Assembly: GCA_028279745.1 (NCBI GenBank)
Contig: JANQNC010000001.1
Span: forward strand, 390,001 to 422,000
From: Candidatus Nanoarchaeia archaeon
GTDB lineage: Archaea > Nanobdellota > Nanobdellia > Woesearchaeales > JANQNC01
Length of the DNA stretch: 32,000 nucleotides
Reading direction: 5' to 3'
Both the position numbers and the translations under genes were made by a program. This document shows, piece by piece, positions 1 through 7,744 of the stretch. The notes beneath the pieces are model-generated. The model had not been told where the DNA came from, ran no database searches, and saw only the letters and a program-made list of their open reading frames with translations. Each line of letters opens with the position of its first letter. Position 1 is the stretch's first letter.

Positions 1-74
1 ATACAAACGATGTACCCCTTTTCACAGATGACTATGCACCTATCAACCTATTTGAGGAAATAGGTGAGAATTAG
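1..74 (+). CDS. 3' end of a CDS that begins upstream of the window (partial, unassigned)
   Basis: The frame in phase with position 3 reads TNDVPLFTDDYAPINLFEEIGEN, then TAG at 72-74. Only 23 residues are visible. The TDDYAP tail resembles C-termini of spermidine-synthase-like proteins, but this fragment cannot support that. Confidence 0.3.
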   Translation, partial: TNDVPLFTDDYAPINLFEEIGEN

Positions 75-83
75 AAAAAAAAT

Positions 84-395
84 TCATTTCTTCTTTACTA
101 CGAAAAACCCTGCAATTGCAACAACTATGATTATAGCAACAATTGCTGAAGCATTTATCTCGGGGATTTCGCTACTGGGCTCAAGCGGAGGGTCGCAAGG
201 ACGTTCAGGTATGCAAAAACCATCATCCCAATCACACTGAGTACCTCCAAACTCTGCACCCCAGTGATTAAGACAGGCAGACTGGTCTCCGTTAAAATTC
301 CGACAGCTTTCATTCATTTCTCCCTCGCACTCTGCTGCACTCCCAATTCCAACAGCAAACAATGCTATCAGCACAAACATAATTATTCTTTTCAT
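84..395 (-). CDS. small Cys-rich secreted protein with a PEF-CTERM-like C-terminal anchor (IPEI + TM helix + KKK)
   Basis: The ORF spans 84..401. GAGGTGA abuts the first ATG (401), so the ATG at 395 (MKRIIMFVLIALFAVGIGSAA, signal-peptide-like) is the likelier start. The mature part has six Cys. The tail reads SSEIPEINASAIVAIIIVVAIAGFFVVKKK. Confidence 0.6.
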   Translation of the reverse strand: MKRIIMFVLIALFAVGIGSAAECEGEMNESCRNFNGDQSACLNHWGAEFGGTQCDWDDGFCIPERPCDPPLEPSSEIPEINASAIVAIIIVVAIAGFFVVKKK

Positions 396-485
396 TATCA
401 TTCACCTCAAACTAATATAATGTTGATTATAGTAAACTTAGTTTAAAAATTTTACCTAAAAAAATTAAAAGGTTTAGAAAAACAA

Positions 486-1235
486 CTATTCTTTCTTTTC
501 TTCAGCAGCACCTTCAGCAGGAGCAGCTCCGCCCGCAGCAGCAGCTTCAGCAATCAACTTTTCAGCAAGCTCAACAGATACTCCTGCTTGTTCCATCTTA
601 GTTCTGATCTGTGCAGCAGGTTTGCCACCCATCTCAGCCATAATCTGTTTAGCAGTCGCTTCTTCTTCAGCATGTCTCTTAGCGCTTTCTTCAGCTAGTG
701 CTTTCTTCTCTGTTTCTAGCTCTTTTAATTCTTCAGCTGAAAGTTCTGTCTTTTCTGCTTTAATCTCTGCATCAAAGACTCCCTGATCAATAGCTTGAAT
801 AGATTCAGTTCCAGGAACTCCTTCAACCATAACACCCATTGAAACACAGGTTCCAACAATCTCTTTAACTCTGTTTTTCATGTTAACGCCTAGAAGGTCT
901 CCCTCTTTCATCTTAGCAATCTTAATAACCTGCTCGATCCTTAGATCTGCAACTTTATCTTTTAATGGGTTTCCAGCACCTTTTTCGATTCCAGCTTCTT
1001 TCTTGATTAAAGCTGATGCAGGAGGTGTACCTACAGTAACCTCAACTTCTTTTGTGTCAGTATCAACAATAACCTTGATAGGAACTTGCATGCCTTTGAA
1101 AGCTGCAGTCTTCTCATTGATCTTGTTAACTACTTCACCAATATTAACCTTTAAAGGTCCTAGAGCAGGTCCTAATGGCGGTGCAGCTGATGCCTTTCCA
1201 CCTTCAACCATTGCATCTATTGATTCTTTACCCAT
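486..1235 (-). CDS. rpl11: 50S ribosomal protein uL11 (archaeal type) with a ~90-aa Ala/Glu-rich C-terminal extension
   Basis: Residues 1-160 carry the uL11 signatures: GGKASAAPPLGPALGPLKVNIGEVVNKINEKT, VPIKVIVD, VGTPPASALIKKEAG, LRIEQVIKIAKMK. Archaeal uL11 is normally ~160 aa, but this ORF runs to 249 aa with no stop. Confidence 0.9.
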   Translation of the reverse strand: MGKESIDAMVEGGKASAAPPLGPALGPLKVNIGEVVNKINEKTAAFKGMQVPIKVIVDTDTKEVEVTVGTPPASALIKKEAGIEKGAGNPLKDKVADLRIEQVIKIAKMKEGDLLGVNMKNRVKEIVGTCVSMGVMVEGVPGTESIQAIDQGVFDAEIKAEKTELSAEELKELETEKKALAEESAKRHAEEEATAKQIMAEMGGKPAAQIRTKMEQAGVSVELAEKLIAEAAAAGGAAPAEGAAEEKKE

Positions 1236-1260
1236 ATTAGTGTTGAGAATTTGGAGGTGG

Positions 1261-1269
1261 TTTTTAAAT
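1261..1269 (-). promoter_or_regulatory. TATA-like box for rpl11
   Basis: TTTTTAAAT (ATTTAAAAA on the minus strand) lies ~26 nt upstream of the rpl11 ATG at 1235. Confidence 0.35.
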
Positions 1270-1288
1270 GTTTTGGTATTCGAAAACG

Positions 1289-1296
1289 TTTATAAA
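1289..1296 (+). promoter_or_regulatory. TATA box for the glycosyltransferase gene (leaderless spacing)
   Basis: TTTATAAA lies 23 nt upstream of the ATG at 1319. Confidence 0.4.
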
Positions 1297-1318
1297 CACA
1301 GTTCCATAAGCAGCTAGT

Positions 1319-2566
1319 ATGAACATAGCAATAATACACACACGTTTATTTTGTATAGATGGGGTGAGTCTAGAGGCCTTGAAGTGGATTGAAGCTTATG
1401 AAAGATTAGGACACAAAGTATTCTTAATAGCAGGACATTATGATGAAGAACCCAATTATGCTAACTTAAATGTTCCAGAAATAGATTACTCACATGAAAA
1501 AATAAAAGAAATAAAGGATTTAGCGTTCAAACAAGAGATAAATGATGATGAAAAGAAAGAATTACTTAGTAAAATAAGAAAAATGGCTAACTTTCTAAAG
1601 CCAAAAATAAAAAAGTTCATCGAAGAAAATAAAATTGATGTCTTAAGCGTTGAAAATGCTTTCAGCATCCCAATCAATCTGCCACTGGGAGTTGCATTAA
1701 AAGAAATAGTTGAAGAAACAGGGATAAAAACTATTTGCAGACATCATGATTATGCATGGGAAAGGGTAGCATACACAAGAGTAAATAATGTGCCCGCCAT
1801 AGTAGACGAATACTTTCCTCCAGATTTACCTAACATAAGACACATAAGTATAAACAAATCAGGAAAGAGAGGATTAAAGAGAAAAAGAGGATTAATTTCA
1901 AAAGTGTTCTATAATGCGTTTGATTTTACAAGTGTGAAAGAAGCAAACCCCAATACAAGTAAAGTTAGAAAGTTTTTAGGTGTTGCAGATAACGAATTAT
2001 TATTTTTACAACCTACCCGGATTGTTAAACGTAAGAAAATTGAAAGAACAATTAAACTAATATCAGAAGTTCAGAAAAAAGTTGATAAAAAATGCGTCTT
2101 AGTTGTTACAGGTACACCTTTGTTCCCCAAAGGCAAATATTTGCGTGAATTAAAAGAATTAACAGAAGAATTGAATGTTAAAGTAATATTCGGGATGAAT
2201 AAACTAGATATTGAAAGGGATGGCGATAATTGTATAATGGATGATGCTTATTTAGCAGCAGACATGATTACATTCCCTTCAAGCAGAGAAGGATTTGGAG
2301 ATCCTGTGTTTGAAGCATGCATGTACAAAAAACCATTATTTGTAAACAGGTATAGAGTGCTAAGAGAGATATTAAAACAGAACGATTTTGATTTTATTTC
2401 TATATTCAAAGAAATTTTACCTGAAACCGTTGATAGAACGGTTGAAGTTCTGACAGATTCTTCAGTTAGAACTAAAATAGTTGAACACAATTACAAGATA
2501 GCTAAAGAAAACTTTTCAATTAATGCATTAGTCGAGAAGTTAAGAAAAGTTATTGAGAGTTTTTGA
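1319..2566 (+). CDS. GT-B fold glycosyltransferase (group 1 / GT4-like)
   Basis: 415 aa. The N-terminus (IAIIHTRL..DGVSLEALKW) is typical of GT-B enzymes. The C-terminal half has the group-1 sugar-donor region: ...ADMITFPSSREGFGDPVFEACMYKKPLFVN (E-x7-E-like). Confidence 0.75.
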   Translation: MNIAIIHTRLFCIDGVSLEALKWIEAYERLGHKVFLIAGHYDEEPNYANLNVPEIDYSHEKIKEIKDLAFKQEINDDEKKELLSKIRKMANFLKPKIKKFIEENKIDVLSVENAFSIPINLPLGVALKEIVEETGIKTICRHHDYAWERVAYTRVNNVPAIVDEYFPPDLPNIRHISINKSGKRGLKRKRGLISKVFYNAFDFTSVKEANPNTSKVRKFLGVADNELLFLQPTRIVKRKKIERTIKLISEVQKKVDKKCVLVVTGTPLFPKGKYLRELKELTEELNVKVIFGMNKLDIERDGDNCIMDDAYLAADMITFPSSREGFGDPVFEACMYKKPLFVNRYRVLREILKQNDFDFISIFKEILPETVDRTVEVLTDSSVRTKIVEHNYKIAKENFSINALVEKLRKVIESF

Positions 2567-2983
2567 TTACCTTTTCTCCAACTGCAATTCATCATCCAAC
2601 TCTTCTGCCATAGCCATCAAGTCTTTCATAACTCTGTCTAAATCATCCTTGATCTCTTTGACAACATTCTCTAAATTGCCTTCACGAAGAACATATTTCC
2701 CTCGGTGAGGAACAACTAAACCTGTAGAAATCAAGTTTCTAAGATGGTGGACAACAGTGCCTCTAGACAAGCCAGTCAGATTAGCTAACTCGTCAGAAGA
2801 AAGCGATTTTCCCTTACGCGTGTGTCTCAAAAGCTCGATAAAAACCCTAAAACAACTAGAATTACGATCACGGATGTTAAATAATCCTAAACTAGAGCAA
2901 AACCACTGTAAATCGTCGTTTACGTTCTTTTTAGGGGGTTTTTTAATCCTTACTACTGTTACTTTTGTGAATTCATGAATCAT
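2567..2983 (-). CDS. winged-helix (ArsR/Phr-like) transcriptional regulator, divergent from grpE
   Basis: 138 aa. The HTH reads LSSDELANLTGLSRGTVVHHLRNLISTGLVV, followed by a wing (HRGKYVL). It has a leaderless spacing from the TATA box at 3006-3013. Confidence 0.75.
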   Translation of the reverse strand: MIHEFTKVTVVRIKKPPKKNVNDDLQWFCSSLGLFNIRDRNSSCFRVFIELLRHTRKGKSLSSDELANLTGLSRGTVVHHLRNLISTGLVVPHRGKYVLREGNLENVVKEIKDDLDRVMKDLMAMAEELDDELQLEKR

Positions 2984-3005
2984 ATTAGTATGTAGGATAG
3001 AAAAG

Positions 3006-3013
3006 TTTAAATA
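3006..3013. promoter_or_regulatory. shared TATA box (TTTAAATA) between the divergent regulator and the grpE operon
   Basis: It lies 23 nt from the regulator ATG (2983, minus strand) and 56 nt from the grpE ATG (3069), which also has a GGTGA Shine-Dalgarno at 3059-3063. Confidence 0.45.
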
Positions 3014-3031
3014 GTTTTTGTTGCTTCTAAA

Positions 3032-3056
3032 TCAACATGGTTGACTTTAGGTCAAC
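3032..3056. promoter_or_regulatory. overlapping inverted repeats, candidate operator of the hsp70 locus
   Basis: TCAAC-ATG-GTTGAC-TTTAG-GTCAAC forms two overlapping palindromes (3032-3044 and 3040-3056) that share the central GTTGA(C). They sit where a TSS is expected downstream of the TATA box. Confidence 0.45.
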
Positions 3057-3068
3057 AAAGGTGATAAA

Positions 3069-3554
3069 ATGGACAAGGCAAAGGCTGACAAGAAAGAAGA
3101 GAAAAAAGAACTTACCGATAAAGAAAGATTAGTCGAAATGACAGAGATGGTGAAAAGAGTACAGGCAGATTTTGAAAACTACAAAAAAAGAACAGACAAA
3201 GAGAAAGAAGAATTCTCAAAGTATGCTTGCAAAAAAATCATACTAGAACTATTACCAATAATGGATCACTTTGATCTAGCAATAAAACACAAAGAAAACA
3301 AAGAAGAGTTTGTGAAAGGCATGGAGATGATCTACGCACAAATATACTCAATGTTAGAGAAGGAAGGAGTCAAAGCAATAAAATCAGAAGGAGAAAAATT
3401 CGATCCACTAAAACACGAAGCGATGATGCAAGACAAACAAGAAGATAGAGAAGATGATGAGATTGTCGAGGAATTTCAGAAAGGGTACACATTACACGAT
3501 CAAGTAATAAGACCAAGCAAAGTAAAAGTAAACAAAAAAGAGGTTAACAAATGA
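3069..3554 (+). CDS. grpE: nucleotide exchange factor GrpE
   Basis: 161 aa. RVQADFENYKKRTDKEKEE, LLPIMDHFDLA and VIRPSKVKV are typical GrpE motifs. The gene lies upstream of dnaK and dnaJ. Confidence 0.9.
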   Translation: MDKAKADKKEEKKELTDKERLVEMTEMVKRVQADFENYKKRTDKEKEEFSKYACKKIILELLPIMDHFDLAIKHKENKEEFVKGMEMIYAQIYSMLEKEGVKAIKSEGEKFDPLKHEAMMQDKQEDREDDEIVEEFQKGYTLHDQVIRPSKVKVNKKEVNK

Positions 3555-4051
3555 AGATCACAAAAAACACCCCCCTAAAAACTGTATTAAAAATTGGTGA
3601 TAACTGTGAGCAGTGCGGACACTGCTGCAGTTACTCATCAGGTTTTGCAACAGAAGAGGACATAACCAAAATATCATTGCACTTAGGAGTTACAGAAAAC
3701 GAACTAAAGAAAAAATACTTTGAAGAAAAAACAAAGTTCAACACAAAAATGCACAGACCAAAAACAAAAAAAGAAGGGAAACAGTATGGCCCTTGTGTAT
3801 TCCTAAAAAATAAAAAATGTTCAATACATGAAGTGAAACCATTACAGTGTAGAATAGGGAACTGTTCAGAACACGGAGATGCACTTAACCAGTGGTTTGA
3901 TCTAAACTTTTTTGTTAACGTAAACGATGGAAAATCAATAAGAGAATACTGGGGCGTTTTGAATGCAAGAAAACCAATAGAAGGTGGAGAGCTAAAAGAT
4001 CTAGTCAAAAGTAAAGAAAGACTAAAGAAAATGCTTGACGGAGAAGATTAA
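3551..4051 (+). CDS. YkgJ-family CxxCxxCC zinc/iron-chelating domain protein
   Basis: 166 aa with CEQCGHCCSYSSGF and CVFLKNKKCSIHEVKPLQCR, the two Cys clusters of the CxxCxxCC (UPF0153) family. It overlaps grpE by an ATGA. Confidence 0.75.
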   Translation: MKITKNTPLKTVLKIGDNCEQCGHCCSYSSGFATEEDITKISLHLGVTENELKKKYFEEKTKFNTKMHRPKTKKEGKQYGPCVFLKNKKCSIHEVKPLQCRIGNCSEHGDALNQWFDLNFFVNVNDGKSIREYWGVLNARKPIEGGELKDLVKSKERLKKMLDGED

Positions 4052-4052
4052 A

Positions 4053-4397
4053 ATGGAACAGAAAATAAACGTAAATGTAGACGATGGAGAAGCATTCTAC
4101 TCAAATGAAGCATCAATATCACACAACCCGATGCAATTTGTTTTAGATTTCAAACAAATAACCCCAAGAATTGACATGAGGCAGCAACCACAGTTCAAAC
4201 TAAAACACGATGTTGTGTTATTGGATCCAATTCACGCCAAACAATTCTCAGAAATGCTGAACCAAGCAGTGAAAGAGTATGAAGAGAAAAATGGCAAGAT
4301 AGATTTGAAAAAAGCAATGAAAAAGATGCAAAAAAAAGCATCAAAGAAAAAGAAGAAGAAAGCAAAGGTGACAGAATCACCAAGCTATTTTGGTTAG
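4053..4397 (+). CDS. DUF3467-like small protein with a Lys-rich tail
   Basis: The tracked ORF starts at a TTG (4035). The ATG at 4053 has a GGAGA 8 nt upstream. NVNVDDGEAFYSNEASISHNPMQFVLDFKQITP resembles the DUF3467 core. This is a motif-level call only. Confidence 0.5.
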   Translation: MEQKINVNVDDGEAFYSNEASISHNPMQFVLDFKQITPRIDMRQQPQFKLKHDVVLLDPIHAKQFSEMLNQAVKEYEEKNGKIDLKKAMKKMQKKASKKKKKKAKVTESPSYFG

Positions 4398-4402
4398 GGC
4401 AA

Positions 4403-4421
4403 CAGCTGACCCTGTCAGCTG
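4403..4421 (+). other. perfect 8-bp stem / 3-nt loop hairpin in a GC-rich spacer upstream of dnaK
   Basis: CAGCTGAC-CCT-GTCAGCTG, followed by GGGC-ATAAA-GCCC at 4433-4445. It lies between the stop at 4397 and the dnaK GGAGG at 4474-4478. Confidence 0.35.
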
Positions 4422-4489
4422 GCACCAGAAGCGGGCATAAAGCCCACTAGTTAAGATAAAAAAAAGATAATACGGAGGAAAAAAGAAAA

Positions 4490-6352
4490 ATGGCAAAAAC
4501 AATAGGAATCGATTTAGGAACAACATTCTCAGCAGTAGCTGTAATGGAGGCAGGAAAACCAACAATAATACCGAGCGCAGAAGGAGGAAGAACTGTGCCT
4601 TCAGTAGTCACACTAAAAGATGGTGAGCAAATTGTGGGAGAGGTTGCAAGAAGACAGGCAATCACAAATCCCGAGCACACTGTAAGAAGTATCAAAAGGA
4701 TGATGGGTACAAACGAAAAGATAACCATAGAAGGCAAGGATTACACACCACAACAAGTATCTGCAATGGTACTGCAAAAAATAAAGAAAGATGCAGAAGC
4801 ATACCTAGGAGATAAAGTAGAAGAAGCAGTAATTACTGTGCCAGCATACTTCGATGACGCACAAAGACAAGCAACAAAAGACGCAGGAGAAATTGCTGGG
4901 CTAAAAGTTGCAAGAATCATAAACGAGCCAACAGCAGCAGCACTAGCATACGGAATGGATAAACAAGAAAAAGATCACACTATCTTAGTATTTGACTTTG
5001 GAGGCGGAACATTTGACGTATCCATCCTAGAACTAGGCGAAGGCGTATTTGAAGTAAAAGCAACATCAGGAAACAACCATCTAGGTGGAGATGATATTGA
5101 TGACAAACTAATCGACTTCATAGCAGACGACTTCAAAAAAGAAAATGGGATTGACCTAAGAAGCGATAAAGTTGCATTACAAAGACTAAAAGAAGCAGCA
5201 GAAAAAGCAAAAATAGAACTTTCAACATCACAAAAAGCAACAATCAACATACCATACATAACTGCTGACGCATCAGGACCAAAACATCTGAATAAAGATA
5301 TAACAAGAGCAGAATTCGAAAAACTAATCGATGATATCTTACAAAAATTAGATGGACCAACAAAACAAGCACTAAAAGATTCAGGACTGGATAATGTAAA
5401 TAAAGTAATATTCGTAGGCGGAAGCACAAGAATTCCAGCAGTACAAAAGATAGTAAAAGACATAACAGGAAAAGATGGAGACAAAAGCGTAAATCCAGAT
5501 GAAGCAGTAGCAGTAGGAGCAGCAATCCAGGCAGGAGTTCTTGGAGGAGACGTAAAAGATGTACTATTGCTGGATGTTACACCATTAACACTAGGAATTG
5601 AAACACTTGGCGGAATAAGGACTGCATTGATCGAGAGAAATACAACAATACCAACAAAGAAATCTCAGATCTTTTCAACAGCAACAGACAATCAAACTGC
5701 AGTAACAATCAACGTACTGCAAGGAGAAAGACCCATGGCTTCAGACAACAAAACACTAGGAAGATTTGACTTAGTGGGGTTACCGCCAGCACCAAGAGGC
5801 GTTCCACAAGTAGAAGTTACATTCGATATAGATGCAAACGGAATTGTTCATGTTAGTGCAAAGGATCTAGCAACAGGCAAAGAACAAAAGATCCAAGTGA
5901 CTGGATCTTCAAATCTTTCAAAAGATGACATAGAAAAGATGAGAAAAGAAGCTGAAAGTCATGCTGCAGAAGACAAAAAGAAACAAGAAGAGATCGAAAC
6001 AATAAACCAAGCGGATACTTTAGTTTACACAACTGAAAAGATGTTCAAAGAATTTGAAGGCAAAGTAGACAAGAAAGAAGTAGAACCAATACAAAAAGAC
6101 ATCGATGAACTTAAGAAACTGCTTGAGCCAGAACAGAAAGATGTTGAGGCAATTAAGAAAAAAGTAGAAGAGATAAATGAAAAAGTCCAAAAGATAAGCA
6201 CCGAAATGTACCAAAAAGCACAACAAGCACAGCAACAGGCCCAACAAGGTCCTGCTGGCGGAGCTGAAAATGTACAAGATGCAAAGGCAAAAGATGAGAA
6301 AGTAGTAGATGCAGAGTACGAAGAAGAACCAAAAGAAAAGGGGAAGAGTTAA
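4490..6352 (+). CDS. dnaK: molecular chaperone DnaK (Hsp70)
   Basis: 620 aa. [26 protein letters not shown] and [14 protein letters not shown] are the Hsp70 signatures. A GGAGG Shine-Dalgarno lies 12 nt upstream. Confidence 0.97.
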   Translation: MAKTIGIDLGTTFSAVAVMEAGKPTIIPSAEGGRTVPSVVTLKDGEQIVGEVARRQAITNPEHTVRSIKRMMGTNEKITIEGKDYTPQQVSAMVLQKIKKDAEAYLGDKVEEAVITVPAYFDDAQRQATKDAGEIAGLKVARIINEPTAAALAYGMDKQEKDHTILVFDFGGGTFDVSILELGEGVFEVKATSGNNHLGGDDIDDKLIDFIADDFKKENGIDLRSDKVALQRLKEAAEKAKIELSTSQKATINIPYITADASGPKHLNKDITRAEFEKLIDDILQKLDGPTKQALKDSGLDNVNKVIFVGGSTRIPAVQKIVKDITGKDGDKSVNPDEAVAVGAAIQAGVLGGDVKDVLLLDVTPLTLGIETLGGIRTALIERNTTIPTKKSQIFSTATDNQTAVTINVLQGERPMASDNKTLGRFDLVGLPPAPRGVPQVEVTFDIDANGIVHVSAKDLATGKEQKIQVTGSSNLSKDDIEKMRKEAESHAAEDKKKQEEIETINQADTLVYTTEKMFKEFEGKVDKKEVEPIQKDIDELKKLLEPEQKDVEAIKKKVEEINEKVQKISTEMYQKAQQAQQQAQQGPAGGAENVQDAKAKDEKVVDAEYEEEPKEKGKS

Positions 6353-6365
6353 AAACCCCTAACTC

Positions 6366-6371
6366 TTTTTT
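6366..6371 (+). terminator. oligo-T tract downstream of dnaK
   Basis: A T6 run begins 14 nt after the dnaK stop. Archaeal termination commonly uses oligo-T tracts. Confidence 0.3.
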
Positions 6372-6392
6372 AATAAAAAAGAGGAATACCCT

Positions 6393-6566
6393 ATGGTTGA
6401 AGATCACAAAGTAGAAATATACGAACTAGAGAAGAATAAGGTACAGGAGATGCTTCATACTATAAAGAAACTCTGGAAAGAATTTCTCGTCAAAGCCAAA
6501 ATCAACAAAGAGAAAAAGATAGAGAAGAAAATAAAAGAAAAGTTTGATATGCAAACTTACAAGTGA
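6393..6566 (+). CDS. possible 57-aa Lys-rich micro-protein between dnaK and dnaJ
   Basis: It falls below the ORF-track cutoff. The ATG at 6393 is preceded by AAGAGGAA. It reads MVEDHKVEIYELEKNKVQEMLHTIKKLWKEFLVKAKINKEKKIEKKIKEKFDMQTYK, then TGA at 6564-6566. I see no homology, and A-rich sequence keeps frames open by chance. Confidence 0.25.
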   Translation: MVEDHKVEIYELEKNKVQEMLHTIKKLWKEFLVKAKINKEKKIEKKIKEKFDMQTYK

Positions 6567-6613
6567 AACACAGTCACGCAGTTCCTGTGTGATAAACATC
6601 GGAGATATTTATC

Positions 6614-7705
6614 ATGGCAAAAGACTATTACGAGACATTAGGAATAAGTAAAGATGCGTCTAAAGACGAGATTAAACGAGCTTATAAAAAATTAGCAAAA
6701 AAATATCACCCTGACTTAAACAAGGCAGACGGTAATGAAGAAAAGTTCAAGGAAATTAATGAAGCACACAAAGTTCTATCAGATGATAACGCAAGAGCAA
6801 ATTACGACAGATTTGGAACTGCAGGAGAAGGATTTGACTTCAATGGAGCAGGAGGCTTTGAAGGGGGTGGATTTGATTTTGGAAATATGAATGATATATT
6901 TGACATGTTCTTCGGCGGCGGAGGAAGAAGAGGCGGCAGATCAGGACCAGTAAGAGGCTCAGACTTAAGGTTTGACATGGAAATCAAGCTAGAAGATGCA
7001 GCATTCGGGGCTGAGAAACACATAACGATCCCAAGAACAGAATCATGCAAAAAATGCGAAGGAAAAGGTGTAGAAAAAGAATCAGACATAGTAAGTTGTG
7101 ACCAATGTAACGGCACAGGAATGATGAACCGAACACAAAGAACACCTTTCGGGATGTTTTCTACTTCACACCCCTGCAACAAATGTAATGGAACTGGAAG
7201 ATTCATAAAAAAACCTTGCAAAAAATGTGATGGTAGAGGGGTTGAAGATGTAAAAACAAAAATCAAAGTTACAATACCTCCAGGCGTAGATACCGGAACA
7301 AGACTAAGGATTGCAGGAGAGGGAGAAGCAGGAATAAGAAACGGAGGAAATGGCGACTTATATGTTGTGATGCACGTTATGGAGCACGAGTTATTTACCC
7401 GAGAAGGAAATGATCTAAACATAGACATGCCAATCAGTTTTGTACAAGCGGCGATGGGTGCAGAGATAGAAGTTCCAACACTGGATGGGAAAGCTACTTT
7501 GAAGATCCCATCAGGAACACAAACAGATACTGTCTTCAAAATGAGAAACAAAGGAATACCTTCGCTTAGAGGGTATGGAAAAGGCTCAGAGAATGTCAAA
7601 GTTGTAGTTCAAGTTCCTAAGAAGTTAAGTAAAAAACAAAAAGAAGCACTAATGGACTTTGAAAGAGACTCAACAAAGAAAAAGAAAGGATTATTTTCAT
7701 TCTAG
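6614..7705 (+). CDS. dnaJ: co-chaperone DnaJ (type I)
   Basis: 363 aa with a J-domain (YYETLGISKDASKDEIKRAYKKLAKKYHPD), a G/F-rich linker and four CxxCxGxG zinc-finger repeats. Confidence 0.95.
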   Translation: MAKDYYETLGISKDASKDEIKRAYKKLAKKYHPDLNKADGNEEKFKEINEAHKVLSDDNARANYDRFGTAGEGFDFNGAGGFEGGGFDFGNMNDIFDMFFGGGGRRGGRSGPVRGSDLRFDMEIKLEDAAFGAEKHITIPRTESCKKCEGKGVEKESDIVSCDQCNGTGMMNRTQRTPFGMFSTSHPCNKCNGTGRFIKKPCKKCDGRGVEDVKTKIKVTIPPGVDTGTRLRIAGEGEAGIRNGGNGDLYVVMHVMEHELFTREGNDLNIDMPISFVQAAMGAEIEVPTLDGKATLKIPSGTQTDTVFKMRNKGIPSLRGYGKGSENVKVVVQVPKKLSKKQKEALMDFERDSTKKKKGLFSF

Positions 7706-7744
7706 ACAAAACATTTAAAACTGCATAAATTAAAGAAAAGGTAG

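Noticed and set aside
880-1317. 145-aa ORF on the plus strand
   Set aside because: It lies antisense within rpl11. It has no start context and a low-complexity, hydrophobic translation typical of a shadow ORF.
4398-4450. GC-rich segment considered as a tRNA or other RNA gene
   Set aside because: It has no cloverleaf, no T-loop (GTTCRANYC) or D-loop signatures, and is too short. It is kept only as a possible mRNA structural element.
6802-7599. 265-aa ORF on the minus strand
   Set aside because: It is entirely antisense to dnaJ, whose J-domain and zinc-finger motifs are unambiguous, so this is a shadow frame. The same applies to 4975-5484, 5244-5525, 6020-6277 and 6153-6407 (antisense to dnaK, the last also running into the dnaK-dnaJ spacer), and to 3631-4008, 8500-8745, 8690-9103, 17501-18016, 22322-22627, 26612-26824, 26737-27135, 27565-27798, 28238-28477, 28863-29267 and 29797-30000.
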